A stretch of DNA of 63,274 nucleotides, the filler included, from Octopus bimaculoides (Eukaryota), in NCBI RefSeq assembly GCF_001194135.2. It is 7 parts of 6 records of this genome, joined end to end, with 100 filler letters (N's around TTAATTAATTAA, not from the genome) between each part and the next. Parts side by side here need not be neighbours in the genome. Positions count along the whole stretch, not along the records: positions 51,118 to 63,274 come from NC_069005.1; 6 more parts are not named here. One strand, written 5' to 3'. Position 1 is the first letter of the stretch, and each line of letters starts with the position of its first letter. The notes beneath the pieces were generated by a model. That model was not told the origin of the DNA and ran no database searches. It saw only the letters and a program-made list of their open reading frames with translations. The position numbers were made by a program, and so were the translations under genes. Shown here in pieces: positions 63,101-63,274 of this stretch.

Positions 63101-63274
63101 CAGGAATGGCTTATAGTAAAAGTAGTTTTTTTTGTTTTGTTTGTTTTTATGTTTTCTGTCTTTTTTTTTGTTTTTTTTTAATCCTCGAGGGTATTGTGTT
63201 ATTGTGTAGATTGACTGCTAATTTGTTTCTGCTGTTGCTGCTACCACCACCATCATCATCATCATCACACCACC

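Overview
AT-rich, heavily gapped animal genomic DNA, most likely a coleoid cephalopod such as Octopus (inferred from the microsatellite load and SINE families). Two spliced genes can be read from the sequence. (1) A + strand dissatisfaction-like NR2E nuclear receptor with three phase-compatible exons: 38545-38562 (partial, cut by a gap), 40773-40934 and 42114-42487. Its N-terminus and the C-terminal half of its ligand-binding domain are not visible. (2) A convergent - strand TLC-domain gene (TLCD1/2-like) with exons 56681-56763, 55649-55820 and 53553-53764; its 5' exons were not found. The rest is transposon and repeat DNA: an R4/Dong-like LINE 3' end, a decayed Gypsy element with an intact 3' LTR, a decayed Helitron plus a complete non-autonomous one, pogo-like and piggyBac-like MITEs, four recurring SINE/retro-tail families (A-D, my labels), mini- and microsatellites, and artificial TTAATTAATTAA gap spacers. 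I found no clearly new multi-gene system. The best leads are a repeated hammerhead-ribozyme-like motif with a variant core, a perfect intronic hairpin, a head-to-tail SINE array behind the TLCD stop codon, an acceptor preceded by (ATT)n instead of a polypyrimidine tract, and a SINE-type insertion in the Helitron Walker B motif. SINE boundaries are approximate and were read by eye.
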